A DNA stretch of 64,000 bases from Eledone cirrhosa. Its lineage: Eukaryota. Made by a program: the position numbers and the translations under genes. This document shows positions 29,650 through 43,841 of the stretch, in pieces. Under the pieces are notes generated by a model, which did no database searches, was not told the DNA's origin, and worked only from the letters and a program-made list of their open reading frames with translations. How positions within the stretch are numbered: position 1 is the stretch's first letter; every line of letters begins with the position of its first letter. The stretch spans positions 87,916,001-87,980,000 of the forward strand of contig OZ024743.1 of the NCBI GenBank assembly GCA_964016885.1, written 5' to 3'.

Positions 29650-30265
29650 GTGTGTGTATGTATGTATGTATGTATGTATGTATGTATGTATGTATGTATG
29701 TATGTATGTATGTATGTATGTATGTATGTATGTATGTATGTATGTGTGTATGTATGTATGTAGATGTATGTATGTATATATGTATGTATGTAGATGGATG
29801 GATGGATGTATGTATATATGTATGTATGTATGTATGTATGTAGATGTATGTATGTATATATATATGTATGTATGTAGGTGTATGTGTGTATGTATGTATG
29901 TATGTGTGTATGCATGTGTGTATGTATGTATGTATGTATGTATGTACGTATGTATGTATGTATGCATGTATGCATGTGTGTATGTATATGTGGATGTATG
30001 CATGTATGTGTGGATGTATGTATGTACGTCTGAATGTGTGTGTGGATGTATATATGTATGTATGTATGTTTGTGTATGTGTGCCTGTATATGAGCATGTA
30101 TGTGCAGATGTATATGCGTGTACGCATGTGTTTGTGCGCATGTGTGTATGAATGTATGTATGTGTGCATATCTGTATGTATATGTGTATGTATATGCATG
30201 TATGTGTGCGTCTGTATGCATGTGTATGCAAGTATGTGTGTGTGTGTGTGTGTGCGTGTGCGTGT
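29650..30265. repeat. (TATG)n microsatellite and degenerate derivatives
   Basis: Directly visible. Confidence 0.95.
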
Positions 30266-30439
30266 GGGGTGGGACTATTTAAACCTATAGGTGACAGTAT
30301 TTTCTTATTTGCTTCAAGCAAGAGGATGAAGAAACGGAATTTACAAGAACAAAAATGTTTTCCCTTATTTCACGTCAAAAATAATATATAAATAATATAT
30401 ATATATATATATGTGTGTGTGTACGTATGTATGTGTGTA

Positions 30440-30479
<40 letters not shown>

Positions 30480-30709
30480 ATACACATACAGACACATACA
30501 CACACACATCCTTGTTGACAGCAGGAAACAGGTGTATTTAAATTTTATTGAAAGTTTACCTATTTGTGTGACATCTTTTTACCTATGTTTTATTAATCAA
30601 TACTACACTTCATTGACAAAGTTGTGTGTCTATATAAACATTGATGTATATGTTTTTCTACCATTTTCACAGTTTCTACTTGCTGTTTATTTTGATGAGT
30701 GTATATATA

Positions 30710-30790
30710 TAGGGTGTCCCCCAAAAATGTATACTCATATTTATTAGAATAGTGTTGAAGTGTGCATAGATTTTGGCGGGACATCTTGTA
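30710..30790. mobile_element. Tiny Tc1/mariner-like MITE
   Basis: TA-flanked imperfect TIRs TAGGGTGTCCCCCAAAAATGTATAC / GTGCATAGATTTTGGCGGGACATCTTG. Confidence 0.55.
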
Positions 30791-30967
30791 GATATATATG
30801 TTAAATTGTATTATATGATATATCTTTGTATCCTTACGGTGTCGATAAAATAAAGTACCATACCAGTAATACACTGGAATAATTGCTGGCCTTGTGCCAA
30901 ATGGAGAAACAATTATTTTCGCAGTGTCTGTAATACTTATTCATTTAGTTTTGTGCATAATGTGCTC

Positions 30968-31011
<44 letters not shown>

Positions 31012-31085
31012 ATATAGTGTTAGTATATATATATATATACATATATATATGTGTGTGTGTGTGTATATATATATACATATAGTGC

Positions 31086-31137
<52 letters not shown>

Positions 31138-31185
31138 TTATGTAGAGGTTATATTTAATTTGTTGGGATTCAACAAGCTTAAAAA

Positions 31186-31268
<83 letters not shown>

Positions 31269-31511
31269 TATTGCCCTGTTATTAATATATTTATAAACTT
31301 GTACCCATGTGTTTATACACATATTTTTAGCTGCGTCTATAACTGTAGGGGGGACGAGTTCACTACACTGTTAGACGTCTGCTTCTAGACACACAAACAC
31401 GTTTATATATTCCCCACGTATCAGGAATTACATTCTGTGGTTAGTGCTACTCCAGGGGGTATTTCACACACACACAAATATATATATATTTAGGGTATAC
31501 GCATTAGTATT

Positions 31512-31692
31512 ATAATTGTTTCTACTTTTGGCACAAGGCCAGCAGTTACTCAGCGCATTACTGGTACTTTATTTTATCGACCCCGTAAGGATGAAAGGCA
31601 AAGTTATCCTCGGCGGGATTTGAACTCAGAATAGCAAGGGCCGTAACTCTGTGCGTGAAAGCATGGCATCCGACCCTCTACCGATTCTGCCA
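31512..31692 (-). mobile_element. Family A SINE
   Basis: Reverse complement of the element at 84-269. Confidence 0.85.
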
Positions 31693-31705
31693 TAATGGTG
31701 TTGAG

Positions 31706-31905
31706 GGCGGTGGATTAGCAGTATCGGTAGAGGGTCGGACGCCATGCATTGTAGCATAGAGTTACGGCCCTTTATGATTGTGATCTGAGTTCAAATCCCG
31801 CCGAGGTTAACTTTGCCTTTCATCCTTTCAGGGTCGATAAAATAAAGTACCAGTAATACACTGGGTAATTGCTGGCCTTGTGCCAAAAATAGAAACAATT
31901 ATTAT
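31706..31905 (+). mobile_element. Family A SINE (full length), head-to-head with the previous copy
   Basis: GGCGGTGGATTAGCAGTATCGG head, B box GAGTTCAAATCC, ATTATT tail. Confidence 0.88.
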
Positions 31906-32043
31906 GATGGTGTTGAAGTGTGTATACTCAGCACAAGTGTAATTTACACAACTTTCTAAACTATTATCTGTCGTGACAGACTGTTGTTACAAATATTCCT
32001 GCCTGTGGGATGCTTACATTCTCTCTCTCTCTCTCTCTGTATG

Positions 32044-32190
<147 letters not shown>

Positions 32191-32338
32191 GTGTATATAT
32201 ATTTATATATGTATATATATACATACACACCCTTTGCCTGGGACAATACTGGCCGAAAGTTATCAAAGTTATACAAACATTCTTACATACACATACACAT
32301 ACACATATATATACACATATATATACACACACTCACAT

Positions 32339-32493
<155 letters not shown>

Positions 32494-32774
32494 ATATACC
32501 TACACCAAATATAAATATGTATCGACACAGTTGTTAACATCAATTTTCACTCAGCCATAAAATATATTGATAACAGCTTGTTAAACCATCTAATAAATTA
32601 TTTTATTATGATACAATTGGTTATTGTTTAGCCCTAGGTCACCCCAGACACAGCACACCCACGATGAAACTCACACCAGCCTTGCTTTTTTTATTGTTAT
32701 TGTTTTTGTTCCCTGATAAGCTGTATCTGTGAATAAAAACACTTCCTTCTTTTTTATTTGATTGTATTTATTTC

Positions 32775-33487
32775 AGTTAGCTTTGCCTTTCATGCATACG
32801 GGGGGGGGGGGGGTCGACAAAATAAAGTACCAGTCACACACTGGTGTCGATTTAATCGACTTTCCCCTCTCCCTAAATTACTGGCCTTGTGCCTATACTA
32901 GAAATCCTTATTATTAGTAGTATCAGCAGAGGGTCGGACGCCATGCTTTGCAGCATAGAGTTACGCCCCTTTATGATCTGAGTTCAAATCCCGCCGAGGT
33001 TAACTTTGTCTTTCATCCTTGCGAGGTCGATAAAATAAAGTACCAGTAATACACTGGATAATTGCTGGCCTTGTGCCAAAAGTAGACACAATTATTGCCA
33101 TGCTTTGACGCAGAGAGTTACGGCCCTTGCCATTCTGAGTTCAAATCCCGTCGAGGTTAACTTTGTCTTTCATCCTTACGGGGTCGATGAAATAAAGTAC
33201 CAGTAATACACTGGGTAATTGCTGGCCTTGTGCCAAAAGAAGAAACAATTATTATTATTATTATTATGGCGATGGATTGGCAGTATCGGTAGGTGCTTCG
33301 TGGCATAGAGTTACGGCCCTTTACGTTATGTGTTCAAATCCCGCCGAGGTTAACTGTGCCCTTCATCCTTACCGGGTCAATAAAATAAAGTACCAGTAAT
33401 GCACTGAGGATCGATTAATCGATTTTTCCCTTCCACCAAAATTGCTGGCCTTGTGCCTAAATCAGAAACAATTATTATTATTATTAT
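32775..33487 (+). mobile_element. Four tandem head-to-tail family A SINEs
   Basis: Copies at ~32775-32915, 32916-33095, 33098-33267 and 33268-33487, each ending GCTGGCCTTGTGCC..AAAC/ATTATT. Confidence 0.85.
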
Positions 33488-33821
33488 TTTTGTGGGGTTT
33501 TTTTTAGAAAGTTTTGTATGATTAAGAATATATTTGACTACTATTTCTAGCAGGTCGAGAGACCGTTTAGAGGCAGACAACTGTTATATTGTCATACAGG
33601 TTGTAATTAAACAGGTGTTGGACTTACGATCATAATATTGTGGGTTCGATTTCTTGGACTTGCTCCCGTATATTCAGCTGAAATAAATACCAGCAGGACT
33701 GGTGACCTCTCCAGGGGAGAAGAGTTTTGTAATGCCAAGGAAACCAAGACAAGTACCAGCCTAATGAGCACCCGAGTTTGAGACATGCTTTAGACTTTAG
33801 AGTTATATTGATCAAGAGCTG

Positions 33822-34150
33822 TGGATGCAGCATGGCCGAATGGTTAAGAAGTTCTCTTCACAATCATTAGGTCCCGGAGTGGGTGTCGTTCTGTGTGACA
33901 TCTTGGGTGTCATTTACCATAACCTCGAGTCAGCCCATGCCTTGTCAGTGAAACTGGGTAAACGAAAAGTGTTTTGGAAGCCCGCCAGGTTGTCTGTACT
34001 AGTAATCCAAAGAACCCGCCTTCTCACATATGCTGTCAAAGTTATGTTAAGGATACACGTGTTTATGGGATGCTCGACTATTTGCAAGTTAATTTCATGA
34101 GAAGGCTGTTCCGTTGACCGAACAACTCATTATCGAAATCGACGAAGATC
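33822..34150 (+). mobile_element. tRNA-derived SINE family B (diverged)
   Basis: CATGGCCGAATGGTTAAGAAG head and GCCTTGTCAGTGAAACTGGGTAAACGAAAAGTG..GAAGCCCG body. Related copies occur at ~39360-39480, 43930-44045 (-), 46470-46800 (-), 48095-48220 and 60590-60700 (-). Confidence 0.6.
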
Positions 34151-34189
34151 CCTTCCATATTATGGTTATATAGCCTATATGTCAGTCAC

Positions 34190-36225
34190 CTATGATGTAA
34201 CAGATATCTACCCAGTTACCTAGTTACCCACACGATTACATAGTTACCCATGTGATTATATCGTCGCTCGTGTGGTTAATTAACCAGCCAACGTGATATA
34301 CTGTCACATAAATGGTTATATTGTCCACCCATTGTTATATGGTCAAGTAAGAAGTTATACTGTCAACTAAGTGGTTATGCTGTCAATTAAATGGTTATAC
34401 TGTCAACTAAATTGTTATACTGTCAAGTACATTACACTGCCAACTAAATGTAACCACTAAGTATAATTGCATAGTTGACATAGAGTCTTCTTCTTCTTCT
34501 ATCAGAAATAACGCAACCATCTCCAATTGATCCGACTGGATCCCCAAGTTAAACCAGCCGAGCTCATGGATGTTATCCAAATATCTTGCTCTTGGTCTGC
34601 CCCTGGGTCTCCTGTTGGTTAGTTTTGCCCGTAAAATCTGTCCAGCGATTCTTTCCTGGGACATTCTAACCACATGCCTATAGTATCGGAGCTATGATCT
34701 CTCAATTCGGAGAAGTAGTAGCTCTACATAGAGCGACTCTCTGATCTCCGAACATGGACTCGACAATCTCCTTACATCTCTGCCACACACTTAGCATAGA
34801 ACACTTTATTTGCTGATCTGAAGTCGGATTCCAGCTTAAACCCAAAGTCTTCCTATATCTTAACTTTGATTGCATTTACTGTCTTGTTCCGAAAGTGCAA
34901 GAAGGAGAATTTATTTCCAAGCCAAGCTTTGTAGGTCTCCTTCTTTGCTCGGATGGCATATTTGACCTCTTGATTGAACCAAGGGGTCCACCTACCATCC
35001 GGCACCACACTAAGCCGTTCTGTTAGAAAACAGGTCGCAGGTGTCGAATAGTGATGCGACCTCCAGATTTGATGGCTAGTTGCGAATAAGCAATCCCAGA
35101 CCAATAGCGGTAAACTACTAGGGGAGATAGAGCAATGGGTGACACCTGTAGCTCCTAAGAAAATTCTCACAACCCAGTGATGTAGCTATGATTAGGCGAG
35201 TAAAGGCCGCCTCTAAAAAGCTTAGTCTTCGCGGGTCTGAGAAAAGTACCAGAAATCACTGCAATATGGCAAAACACAACATATAGTCAACTAAGTTATA
35301 CTGTCAACTAAGACATACCGCCAACTAAGTTATACTGTCAACTAAGACATACCGCCAACTAAGTTATACTGTCAACTAAGACATACCGCCAACTAAGTTA
35401 TACTGTCAACTAAGACATACCGCCAACTAAGTTATACTGTCAACTAAGACATACCGCCAACTAAGTTATACTGTCAACTAAGACATACCGCCAACTAAGT
35501 TATACTGTCAATAAGATTATACTATCAATTAAGTGCTTATATTGTCAACTTTATGTTGTCAAGCATATATTGAAGCTGGCGATCTGCAGCAAGTCAAGGG
35601 GGCCGTGATATTCTCATGTTGACTTGAAGCCTGGTCAGTCTACAATTGGCAGGGTATTCCCTGGCTCTGAAACTCGAGTACTTATTATTGGACAGCAGGG
35701 CCGACTGAAAAAATGGTTATCTAATCAGATGACCAAACCATTTTGCTTTTTGCTATGAACCGTATGATATGTATAGGACCAGCCACCTACTTAGTGTGTT
35801 CTTTTGTAGTCTGGTTGATTTGGATTTTATCAGCTATTTGCTGAGTTTTCACTCCAGGGTTTACTATAGTGTCTCAGACTGACACTGCTAGATGGTGGTG
35901 GGAACGAGATCTGGCACTGGTTGATGAGAGCGAAAACGAATATAAACAGATCAATCTGGCTTTAGTCTCCATATATATGCAACAAGTTTAGCTAGTTAAC
36001 ATTGGATAACAAATTGATGAAAATACTTAGACAGAAAAATTAAGTGGTCAAAATTAAGTGGTAATACTTTCAACTATGAGGTTATACAGTCAACCTGATT
36101 ATTATGCCGTCAAATATGTGGTTATACTATCAACTAAGTGGTTATACTGTCAACTAAGTGGTTATACTGTCAACTAAATGGTGAGACTGTCACCTAACTG
36201 GTTTTACAGTCAACTAAGTTATCGA
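34190..36225. repeat. Degenerate 17-19-bp satellite (GGTTATACTGTCAACTAAGT) including a homogeneous 34-bp dimer block at 35287-35512, interrupted by a LINE
   Basis: The motif recurs at 34300-34460, 35285-35560 and 36060-36220; the 34-bp unit is GTTATACTGTCAACTAAGACATACCGCCAACTAA. Confidence 0.8.
34486..35215 (-). mobile_element. Internally deleted RTE-clade LINE
   Basis: Minus strand WTPWFNQEVKYAIRAKKETYKAW and HVVRMSQERIAGQILRAKLTNRRPRGRPRARYLDNI (typical RTE C-terminus), followed by a (GAA)n tail. Confidence 0.8.
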
Positions 36226-36247
36226 GCCAATCATATATCCACCAGTT

Positions 36248-36460
36248 CACAGTGTGTCATTCACGCGGTTAAATCACCGCTCACAGTGTGTCATTCGCGC
36301 GGTTAAATCACCGCTCACAGTGTGTCATTCGCGCGGTTAAATCACCGCTCACAGTGTGTCATCCACGTGGTTAAACCACTGCTCACGGTGTGTCATTCAC
36401 GCGGTTAAACCACTGCTCACGGTGTGTCATTCACGTGGTTAAACTACTGGTCACGTGGTT
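36248..36460. repeat. 34-bp minisatellite, ~6 copies (CACAGTGTGTCATTCGCGCGGTTAAATCACCGCT)
   Basis: Direct tandem repetition. Confidence 0.92.
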
Positions 36461-37269
36461 AAATTATGTGTGTACCAGTTACATGTAATGAAGACTTCCT
36501 TCCTGTTTTTAAATAAATCAAAACAAAATTCAGTCAGAAACAAAAACTAAGAAATCTTCATATTAGAAACTGAGAGGGGGGATTTTACTCAGAAAACTTA
36601 TTTGTGGTGGGGTGGGGAAGGGAAGTATTTTTAAATAGTATTTTGATGATGATTCATCTTTCTATATAATAGATAGGCCATAATGTGGTGGTGGTGGTGG
36701 TGGTGGTGAAAATGGTGGCGATGGTGAGGACGCTGTTATTGGTGGTGGTGGTGGTGTTGATAATGGTGACGATAGTGAGGACGTTGATATTGGTGTTGTG
36801 TGTGGTAATGGCCGTGTTGTTGTTGTTGCTGGTGGTGGTGGTGGTGGTGGTATGTGTTGTTGAAGTCATGATTTCGTAGATCATATGAAGATTTCAAGAT
36901 AATGTTGCTGTAGTTATTGTTGTCATTGTTGTAGTCAATGAAGCGTTTAGAAAACAATGTCAATGCACGCATACATATGTACACACATACACACATACAT
37001 ACATACATACGTACACATACACATACATACATACATACATACATACATACATACATACATACATACATACATACATACATACATACATGGTGGCTGCCAA
37101 CTCGTTTTCGAGTACGGCCACTACTTTATATCCATGTAGGAGAACCCCTACCGATGCGCTGAACGAGTGTGACTGTTTAATCCAGCCAGCGACTTGAAAA
37201 CTCTGGTACAAACACTACACTTGTGACAATTATTGACACATAGTGCTGGGCTCATGGTACCATGTGACG

Positions 37270-37640
37270 ACAAGTGCAGAGAGATCTCCAGATATAAAGC
37301 AATGCCTGTGCCGTGAAGCTTTTATAGTGAGAAAAGGCACTGCACAAAGCCAGTCCCACTCTCTTAACCAAGATGATATTTACCAAAAAGAAGAACAAGT
37401 CAACATCATTGGATACCATCAGGGTTGCAGGTGTTATATCAGTTTTCCTTCTCCTAGAATTCTGCCTTGACAAAGGCTAAGGGGTCATCTCTCCCGGTGA
37501 TTTTAGATGGCCATTGACTCTTAATGGCCTTTGACAGGTTTTGTGTTTACCTGCAGGATGTCTAAAGTCACCCTCCTTACCAAGAAACCTTGGTGGGATT
37601 GCCAGTTTAGTCGCCAACGACCCGACCATGAGACAGGTTG
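37270..37640. mobile_element. Unclassified interspersed repeat; second copy at ~43065-43545
   Basis: Shared AAGCAATGCCTGTGC..GAAGCTTTT..AGTGAG..AAAGGC..CCCACTCTCT and TTTGAC.GGTTTTGT.TTTA..GCAGG.TGT..AAA.TCACCCT.CT.ACCAA. Confidence 0.6.
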
Positions 37641-38013
37641 TAGACATACATACATACATACATACATACATACATACATACATACATACATACATACACA
37701 CACACACATACATACATACATGTATACATACATACATACATACATACATACATACATACATACATACATACATACATACATACATGCCTTTGGGGCACTT
37801 TAAGGGTATCAACATAGGGGCGCCGTTGTGGATTACAGCATTTTGGGGTCATCTAAACCTGACAGAGCCTATCACCCCTCTTCATGTATATCAGAGCTTC
37901 AATGCGGTTACTCGGTGTGCTAGAAATAATACTTAAGCACCCCTCAAATTACATTCTATTGTCTTAAATAAAAGATACATTGGACAATCTTTAACATTAT
38001 GTAAACGTCTATT

Positions 38014-38319
38014 CAAGGTCGGGTTTAATGGGGCGAAAAGGGCCCAACTTCCCCCTGCTGTGGGAGCCCCACCAGCTACGCCCCTAGAAACTTATCTGTG
38101 CCCTCAGCTGGGCTTTTTAGTTCTAGGATGGTTAGAATTTTCTAATTTAGTACCTCTATGTATAACATTTCAATTCCAATTGCTTGCGCCAAGCTAACTT
38201 TGATATGTAAAATGGAGGGGGGGGGGGGGGGGCTATGTATTCTTTTTTTGTGTGTGTGTATGAGTGGCCCATAAACATGAAGTGCCCTGGGCCCCCCTCA
38301 ATGTCTAAATCCAACCCTG
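38014..38319. mobile_element. hAT-like MITE; inverted sister copy at 45175-45485
   Basis: TIR-like CAAGGTCGGGTTTA / TAAATCCAACCCTG. The internal GCCAAGCTAACTTTGATATGTAAAAT is reverse-complemented at ~45270-45296. Confidence 0.7.
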
Positions 38320-38321
38320 CA

Positions 38322-38570
38322 CCTGTTAGTCAACTGATTCTCGCCACTTTTCACGGTTTCTTTACTATGTCCCAGATCATTATATCTGGTCGCTTAATCT
38401 CACATTTTACTGAGGTTTTCACAAGAACATTCCACCAGTATTCTTTCTTGTGTAGTTGTGCCCTCCACATCACTGTAACGTCTCATATCCTCAACTATGT
38501 ATGGATGTATGGTCCCATTACTTTTAATAGAGTCGTGGGGGTACCGTCGTGACATAGGATATGTCTTGGG
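38322..38570 (-). mobile_element. Decayed restriction-like endonuclease (RLE) domain fragment of an R4/Dong-like LINE
   Basis: Minus strand KEYWWNVLVKTSVKCEIKRPDIMIWD contains the RPD motif of RLE domains. Confidence 0.6.
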
Positions 38571-39706
38571 CATTTCAAACTTGGCGGAGTCCATCCCTTC
38601 ACCAGGATTGAACATAGACAATTTCTTCCAGAGAGAGGGGTGAACTAAGGAAGAGATGTAATGAACAAATTAACTTAGTACCAGACTGGTTCTTTTGTCG
38701 ACCTTGTCAGGATGAAAGGTATTTCAACAGAGAGCGCTGAGAGCCAGAAACGAAGGTCACAAAGCATTCTATCCGACGTTCAAACAACTCTGCAAATTCG
38801 TCGCCTCATCAGCACTATCTTTACAGTAAATTGTATTGTACAATGTTTTGAGCTCCACGTCCTGTCTCATAGGTAAACAGTGTCGTCATTTTTAGACAGC
38901 AGTTTATGGTAGAGGCAACATTTTCGGTGTCAATTCCAAAGAGTCTGCTGCAGTCGTCACATCTAGGTGGTTTATCTGCATTTCTATACATTTTATACAT
39001 AAGATACTTCGCTATTTCCTGGATTTCAAAAACATTGCCTTCAAATTGAGGCTAATGTATATGTTATGTATGCATATATGTATGTATGTATGCATGTATG
39101 TATGTATGTAAGTTCTCTTTGTCTTAATTTCGAGTACATTTTTTGACCGGCCACCTTCCTGGGGGCAAGATTGTAAATGAAAAGAAATTTTAATGCTTTG
39201 AATTGCAAGAAAGTTTTGCAAATGTTGAAGGTGCCAGATATCGCGGCCATTCGTAGTCTATGAATTAGGGAGCTGCGCTCTTTGTCCACAAATCCAAGTT
39301 CAGTCATATATGTATGAATGTATGTATGTATATATGTATGTATGCATGTGTTTATCGGTGCAAGGATGGCTGGGAGGTGGGAAGGTTCACTTCGAATCTA
39401 CATGGTATAAAATAACCATGGGTCAACCCAAATCTTGTGTGTAAACTTTGGTAGACGGAAACTGTCTAGAAGCCCGTCGAATGGACCGTTATTGTTCTTA
39501 GGTGACGGACTTAATCTGTTAACCGGTTACACAACACCACCTGGCCACAGGTCACTCTAGCTGTCTTTATTCTGTTACAAGGATTCGACAATGATCTCCG
39601 GGCTAAGAAACCTGTAGCAAACAGTGGAAACTCCCAAATAACAAGCCATAGTATCGACCATAATCAAACCTTTCTTTTTCTCCTTCTCCCCCCCCCCCCT
39701 CTCCAG

Positions 39707-39807
39707 AGTCTTCAGCCGTTGAGATGGCAGTTTAGACCCCTGCCAACGGTACTACTGGTCCAACTGGGGTTACAGTGTCTGACACAATCCAAAACACTGT
39801 CTGTGGG
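39707..39807 (+). other. Candidate 101-nt internal exon (coding status unclear)
   Basis: Long polypyrimidine tract plus CCAG acceptor and GG|GTAAGA donor; one open frame, SLQPLRWQFRPLPTVLLVQLGLQCLTQSKTLSV. Confidence 0.3.
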
Positions 39808-39819
39808 GTAAGAGACGTG

Positions 39820-39854
<35 letters not shown>

Positions 39855-39958
39855 GAGAGCACGAGAGTGTGTACTAGATCAGCTTTTATAAACTGTGTAT
39901 ATGTGTATTAGATCAATAGACATACATACAGGCAGACTAAAACACCACCACCACCACC

Positions 39959-39990
<32 letters not shown>

Positions 39991-40682
39991 CAACATCCCG
40001 ATCCAACCCCCACCCTATCCATTTCTTCAGCCCGAAGGAATGAATCTATTCTGCTTTTTTCAACATTCCAGGCGGGACTTTCTCCATTCAACACCTTAAA
40101 GGTAGGGGGAAGAAGTAGGGAGAGTTGTGTGTCAGAGAAAGTAGGAGGAGACGGATGTAGTGAAAGTGTAGTAGGAGGAGGTATAAGAAGAAAGAATCAC
40201 GGGAAGGAATGTGTAAGTGTGTATGTGTGTGCATGTGTGTATATGTGTGTGTTAGTACAGTGCAGCAACAGTCGGGGAATCCCCTCTACACACACATTGT
40301 AGTCTCCACCACTATTAAAGGATATTACCGCCTCCGCTGCCATCAAACAACCACTACCACCACCACCACCACCACCACCACTATCACAACAGCTTCCACA
40401 ACTACCACTACCACCCCCACCACCACCACTACTACCACCCCTATCAGCATCACCACCACTATCACAACAGCTACCATCACCACCACTGATACTACTACCT
40501 CCTTACATTTGTCGTCTGTGTCCAATCATTTCTTCTGTCTTTTTTCTTTCTTCTTTTTTCTCTTCTTCCCTCCCTTCTTCCTCCTTTTTCTTCTTTTTTT
40601 TCCTTTTTTTCTTCTACTACCACTACCACCAACATTACTACTACTACTACTACCACTACTACCACCACCACCACCACCACCG

Positions 40683-40723
<41 letters not shown>

Positions 40724-41484
40724 GCCACCACTACCGCCACTACCACCAATACTATCACCACCACTACTACTACTACTAATACTACTACTACACTTTTGTT
40801 TTCTACTACTACTACTACTACTAATTCTACTTTCTTCCTCTTGAGTTTTCTACTACTACTACCACCGCACCACCACCACCTCTACTACCACTCCCCACTA
40901 CCACCACCACTACTACCACTCCCCACTACCACCACCCTTCTAGTACTACTTCCTCTTCCTCCTCTCCTCTCCACCCCCATTCTTCTACATCACCATCTCC
41001 GCTGCACCTAGAGTCCTTCTCGACCTGTTGAACTTCTTCCGTGAAACTGTGGTGTATATATACATATATATATACATACATATATGTTATGTACATGCAT
41101 ACACATGTTATATACGTACACATATATATATACATATGTGTTACATACATTCACATCCATACGTACGTGCATACATACATACACACGCACACATACACAT
41201 ACATATATACATACACACGCACACATACACATACATATATACACACACACGAACACACACTAAATATCACTGTGCCTAAAATTTATTTTGGAGGGTATTT
41301 ACCTGCAAATATATCTCCACAGCAATGTTTTGTGTGTGTGTATCTTACACACATACACACACACACACACACACATACACACACACACGATTGATGATTA
41401 ACCAGTAAACAACACGCGCTTTTCTTTTCATGCTTTCTTTTTTTTTCTCATCTAACTTCCAAATTCTTCCCTATCCCAAACATT

Positions 41485-41570
41485 TTTCTCATTCTATCCC
41501 GATAAAAGACTGACGTCCGAAACGTTAGGTCTCTTTTTCAACTAGATCAGGCGTTAAACTAATATTTTAT
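41485..41570 (+). mobile_element. Decayed copy of the hammerhead-bearing element at 59900-59990
   Basis: TTTCTCATTCT..CCGATAAAAGACTGACGTCCGAAACGTTA..GCGTTAAACTAATA aligns with the reverse complement of 59905-59986; the core is mutated (CCGATAA). Confidence 0.6.
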
Positions 41571-42199
41571 CATTGTATTATATTGTTCTTCTGTTTTCTT
41601 TCTTGTTGACTTCTCTCAGTATAGTTGCACAAGTAAAAACGACAGCATTTACTTCCTCATCGGCCACACCCACTGGGGAATACAATTTCGTGCATAAGGA
41701 TGGAATGTTATATACCTATATATACATAGACAGAATTGCGTGGCGACACAATAGGCAGTCAAACATATATAGATATAGATATATATATATATATAGAAAG
41801 CGAGACGCCAGACAGACTGGCGGGCAGACTCGCTGCTCCGGTACATCTGTATTCTCCTACTACACACCGTCGCCTCTCACCATCCACCTGACCTTTGACA
41901 ACCCTCTCCCGCCGCCATCCCAACACCACGAGGCATTCCTCTATACATCACTAAAAACTGCTTTATCACACACTCTCTTCTCTCCCTTTTTACCCTCTCA
42001 TCACTCTCTCTCTCTCTCCTCTCTCTACCTGTCTCTCTTTCTCCTCTCTCTCTCTACCTGTCTCTCTTTCTCCTCTCTCTCTCTCTACCCGTCTCCCACT
42101 TCCATTCTACTTTTTTTTCATTACTTCATATCCCACTTTCTCTCCTCCCAATCTTTCACTATTTTCCTTTCTCTCTTCTCTCTCTCTCCTCTCTCCCCT

Positions 42200-42252
<53 letters not shown>

Positions 42253-42599
42253 TCCTTCATCACCCTCATTTCTCTCATCTCTTTCACTCTCTATCACTTT
42301 CTCCCCCCCCCCCGCCGCTCTCTCTCACTCCCTTACTATCCTCATCTCCTTACTCCCACCTACCGTCAGCAGCCGAACCCAATTAAAGAACACGTTGTCA
42401 TGGTAATTCCTTATCACCTCACCCCTACTTTACCCACCCACGCCTGAAACAGAAGCCCCTCTTCCCCTCCCTAACCGTAGGCACCACCACTACAACCACC
42501 ACCACCTCTACCACTACTATCACTCCGAATCAACATACACCACCACCACCACCATCACTACCACCACTACCACCACTACCGCCACTTCAAGGTTCATAT

Positions 42600-42832
42600 A
42601 TTCTACTGTCAACTCCTGATGTACTCCAGGATACATATATCCTCACACTTTCATCTATTGGTGTACTCCAAGGTACATATATCCTGTTCTTATTTCTCTA
42701 TGTACTCCGAGATACATATATCCATCCCTCTGTCATCTAATATATACTCCGAGGAGCATATATCCATCTGCTCTCATCTATTGGTGTACTCCAAGATACA
42801 TATATCCTTCCACTCTCATCTACTGATGTACT
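42600..42832. repeat. Degenerate ~40-bp minisatellite (TGTACTCCAAGATACATATATCC..)
   Basis: About 5 recognisable copies. Confidence 0.75.
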
Positions 42833-42872
42833 TCTGGTCTTCTTTAAGTGCTCAGCCGTCTGGCATTAATTA

Positions 42873-42954
<82 letters not shown>

Positions 42955-43185
42955 TGCAACTCGACTTCAAGTAATGTCATCACTTGATACTCAAGCATGA
43001 ACCTCACAGATGTGGCCTTTTAGTCCTGCTAGGGACTTGCCTATGGCCAGCAATAAAAAAATGTTACATATCAAGCAATGCCTGTGCTTGAAGCTTTTTT
43101 AAGTGAGGAAAGGCTTTTCACGGGGCCAATCCCACTCTCTGAACATCTAATGCATTTACCCCCAAAAAAGAACTGGTCTACAAAC

Positions 43186-43411
43186 GATGTCGTAGGTTTT
43201 ATATCAGAGTGACCCTCTCCTAGAGAGATGCCTTAATGAAGACTAGGAGTCTCTCACTCCTCAGATGTCGTAGGTTTTATATCAGAGTGACCTTCTCCTA
43301 GAGAGATGCCTTAATGAAGACTAGGAGTCTCTCACTCCTCAGATGTCGTAGGTTTTATATCAGAGTGACCTTCTCCTAGAGAGATGCCTTAATGAAGACT
43401 AGGAGTCTCTC
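43186..43411. repeat. 78-bp tandem triplication inside an interspersed repeat
   Basis: GATGTCGTAGGTTTTATATCAGAGTGACC..AGACTAGGAGTCTCTC occurs three times. Confidence 0.92.
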
Positions 43412-43557
43412 GCTCAACACAAAAAAAAAGACTTTATTGGTTGGCCGTTGATTCTCCTGAGTTACTCCACCCTTTGACGGGTTTTGTTTTTATCCAGCAG
43501 GGTGTTCAAAATCACCCTTCTCACCAAACAAGCTTCGAGCGACCTGACACACACACA

Positions 43558-43795
43558 CAGGGCCAGTGCCAGACTATATGGCACCATAGGCAAGGTTAAT
43601 TAATATGAAGGAAAATATCAATTTCAAAATTTATAAACAATAATTTTTTTTAAAGATTTTTTCAACATTTATTTTTCCTTGTATGAAATAAACCAGAATA
43701 AAAAAACGACACTCAATAAAACTGAAATGTATTCATTTATTTATTTATCTTTCAACATTGATGTTGATTTGGAGAAATGCGCCTCCTGAAATCAA

Positions 43796-43826
<31 letters not shown>

Positions 43827-43841
43827 AGTAACGCCGGCCCG

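Noticed and set aside
36248-36460. V(D)J RSS heptamer CACAGTG (and CACAGTA in the 35-bp array) as a RAG/Transib signal
   Set aside because: There is no nonamer at 12/23 spacing and no transposase; a 7-mer repeated within a tandem unit is expected by chance.
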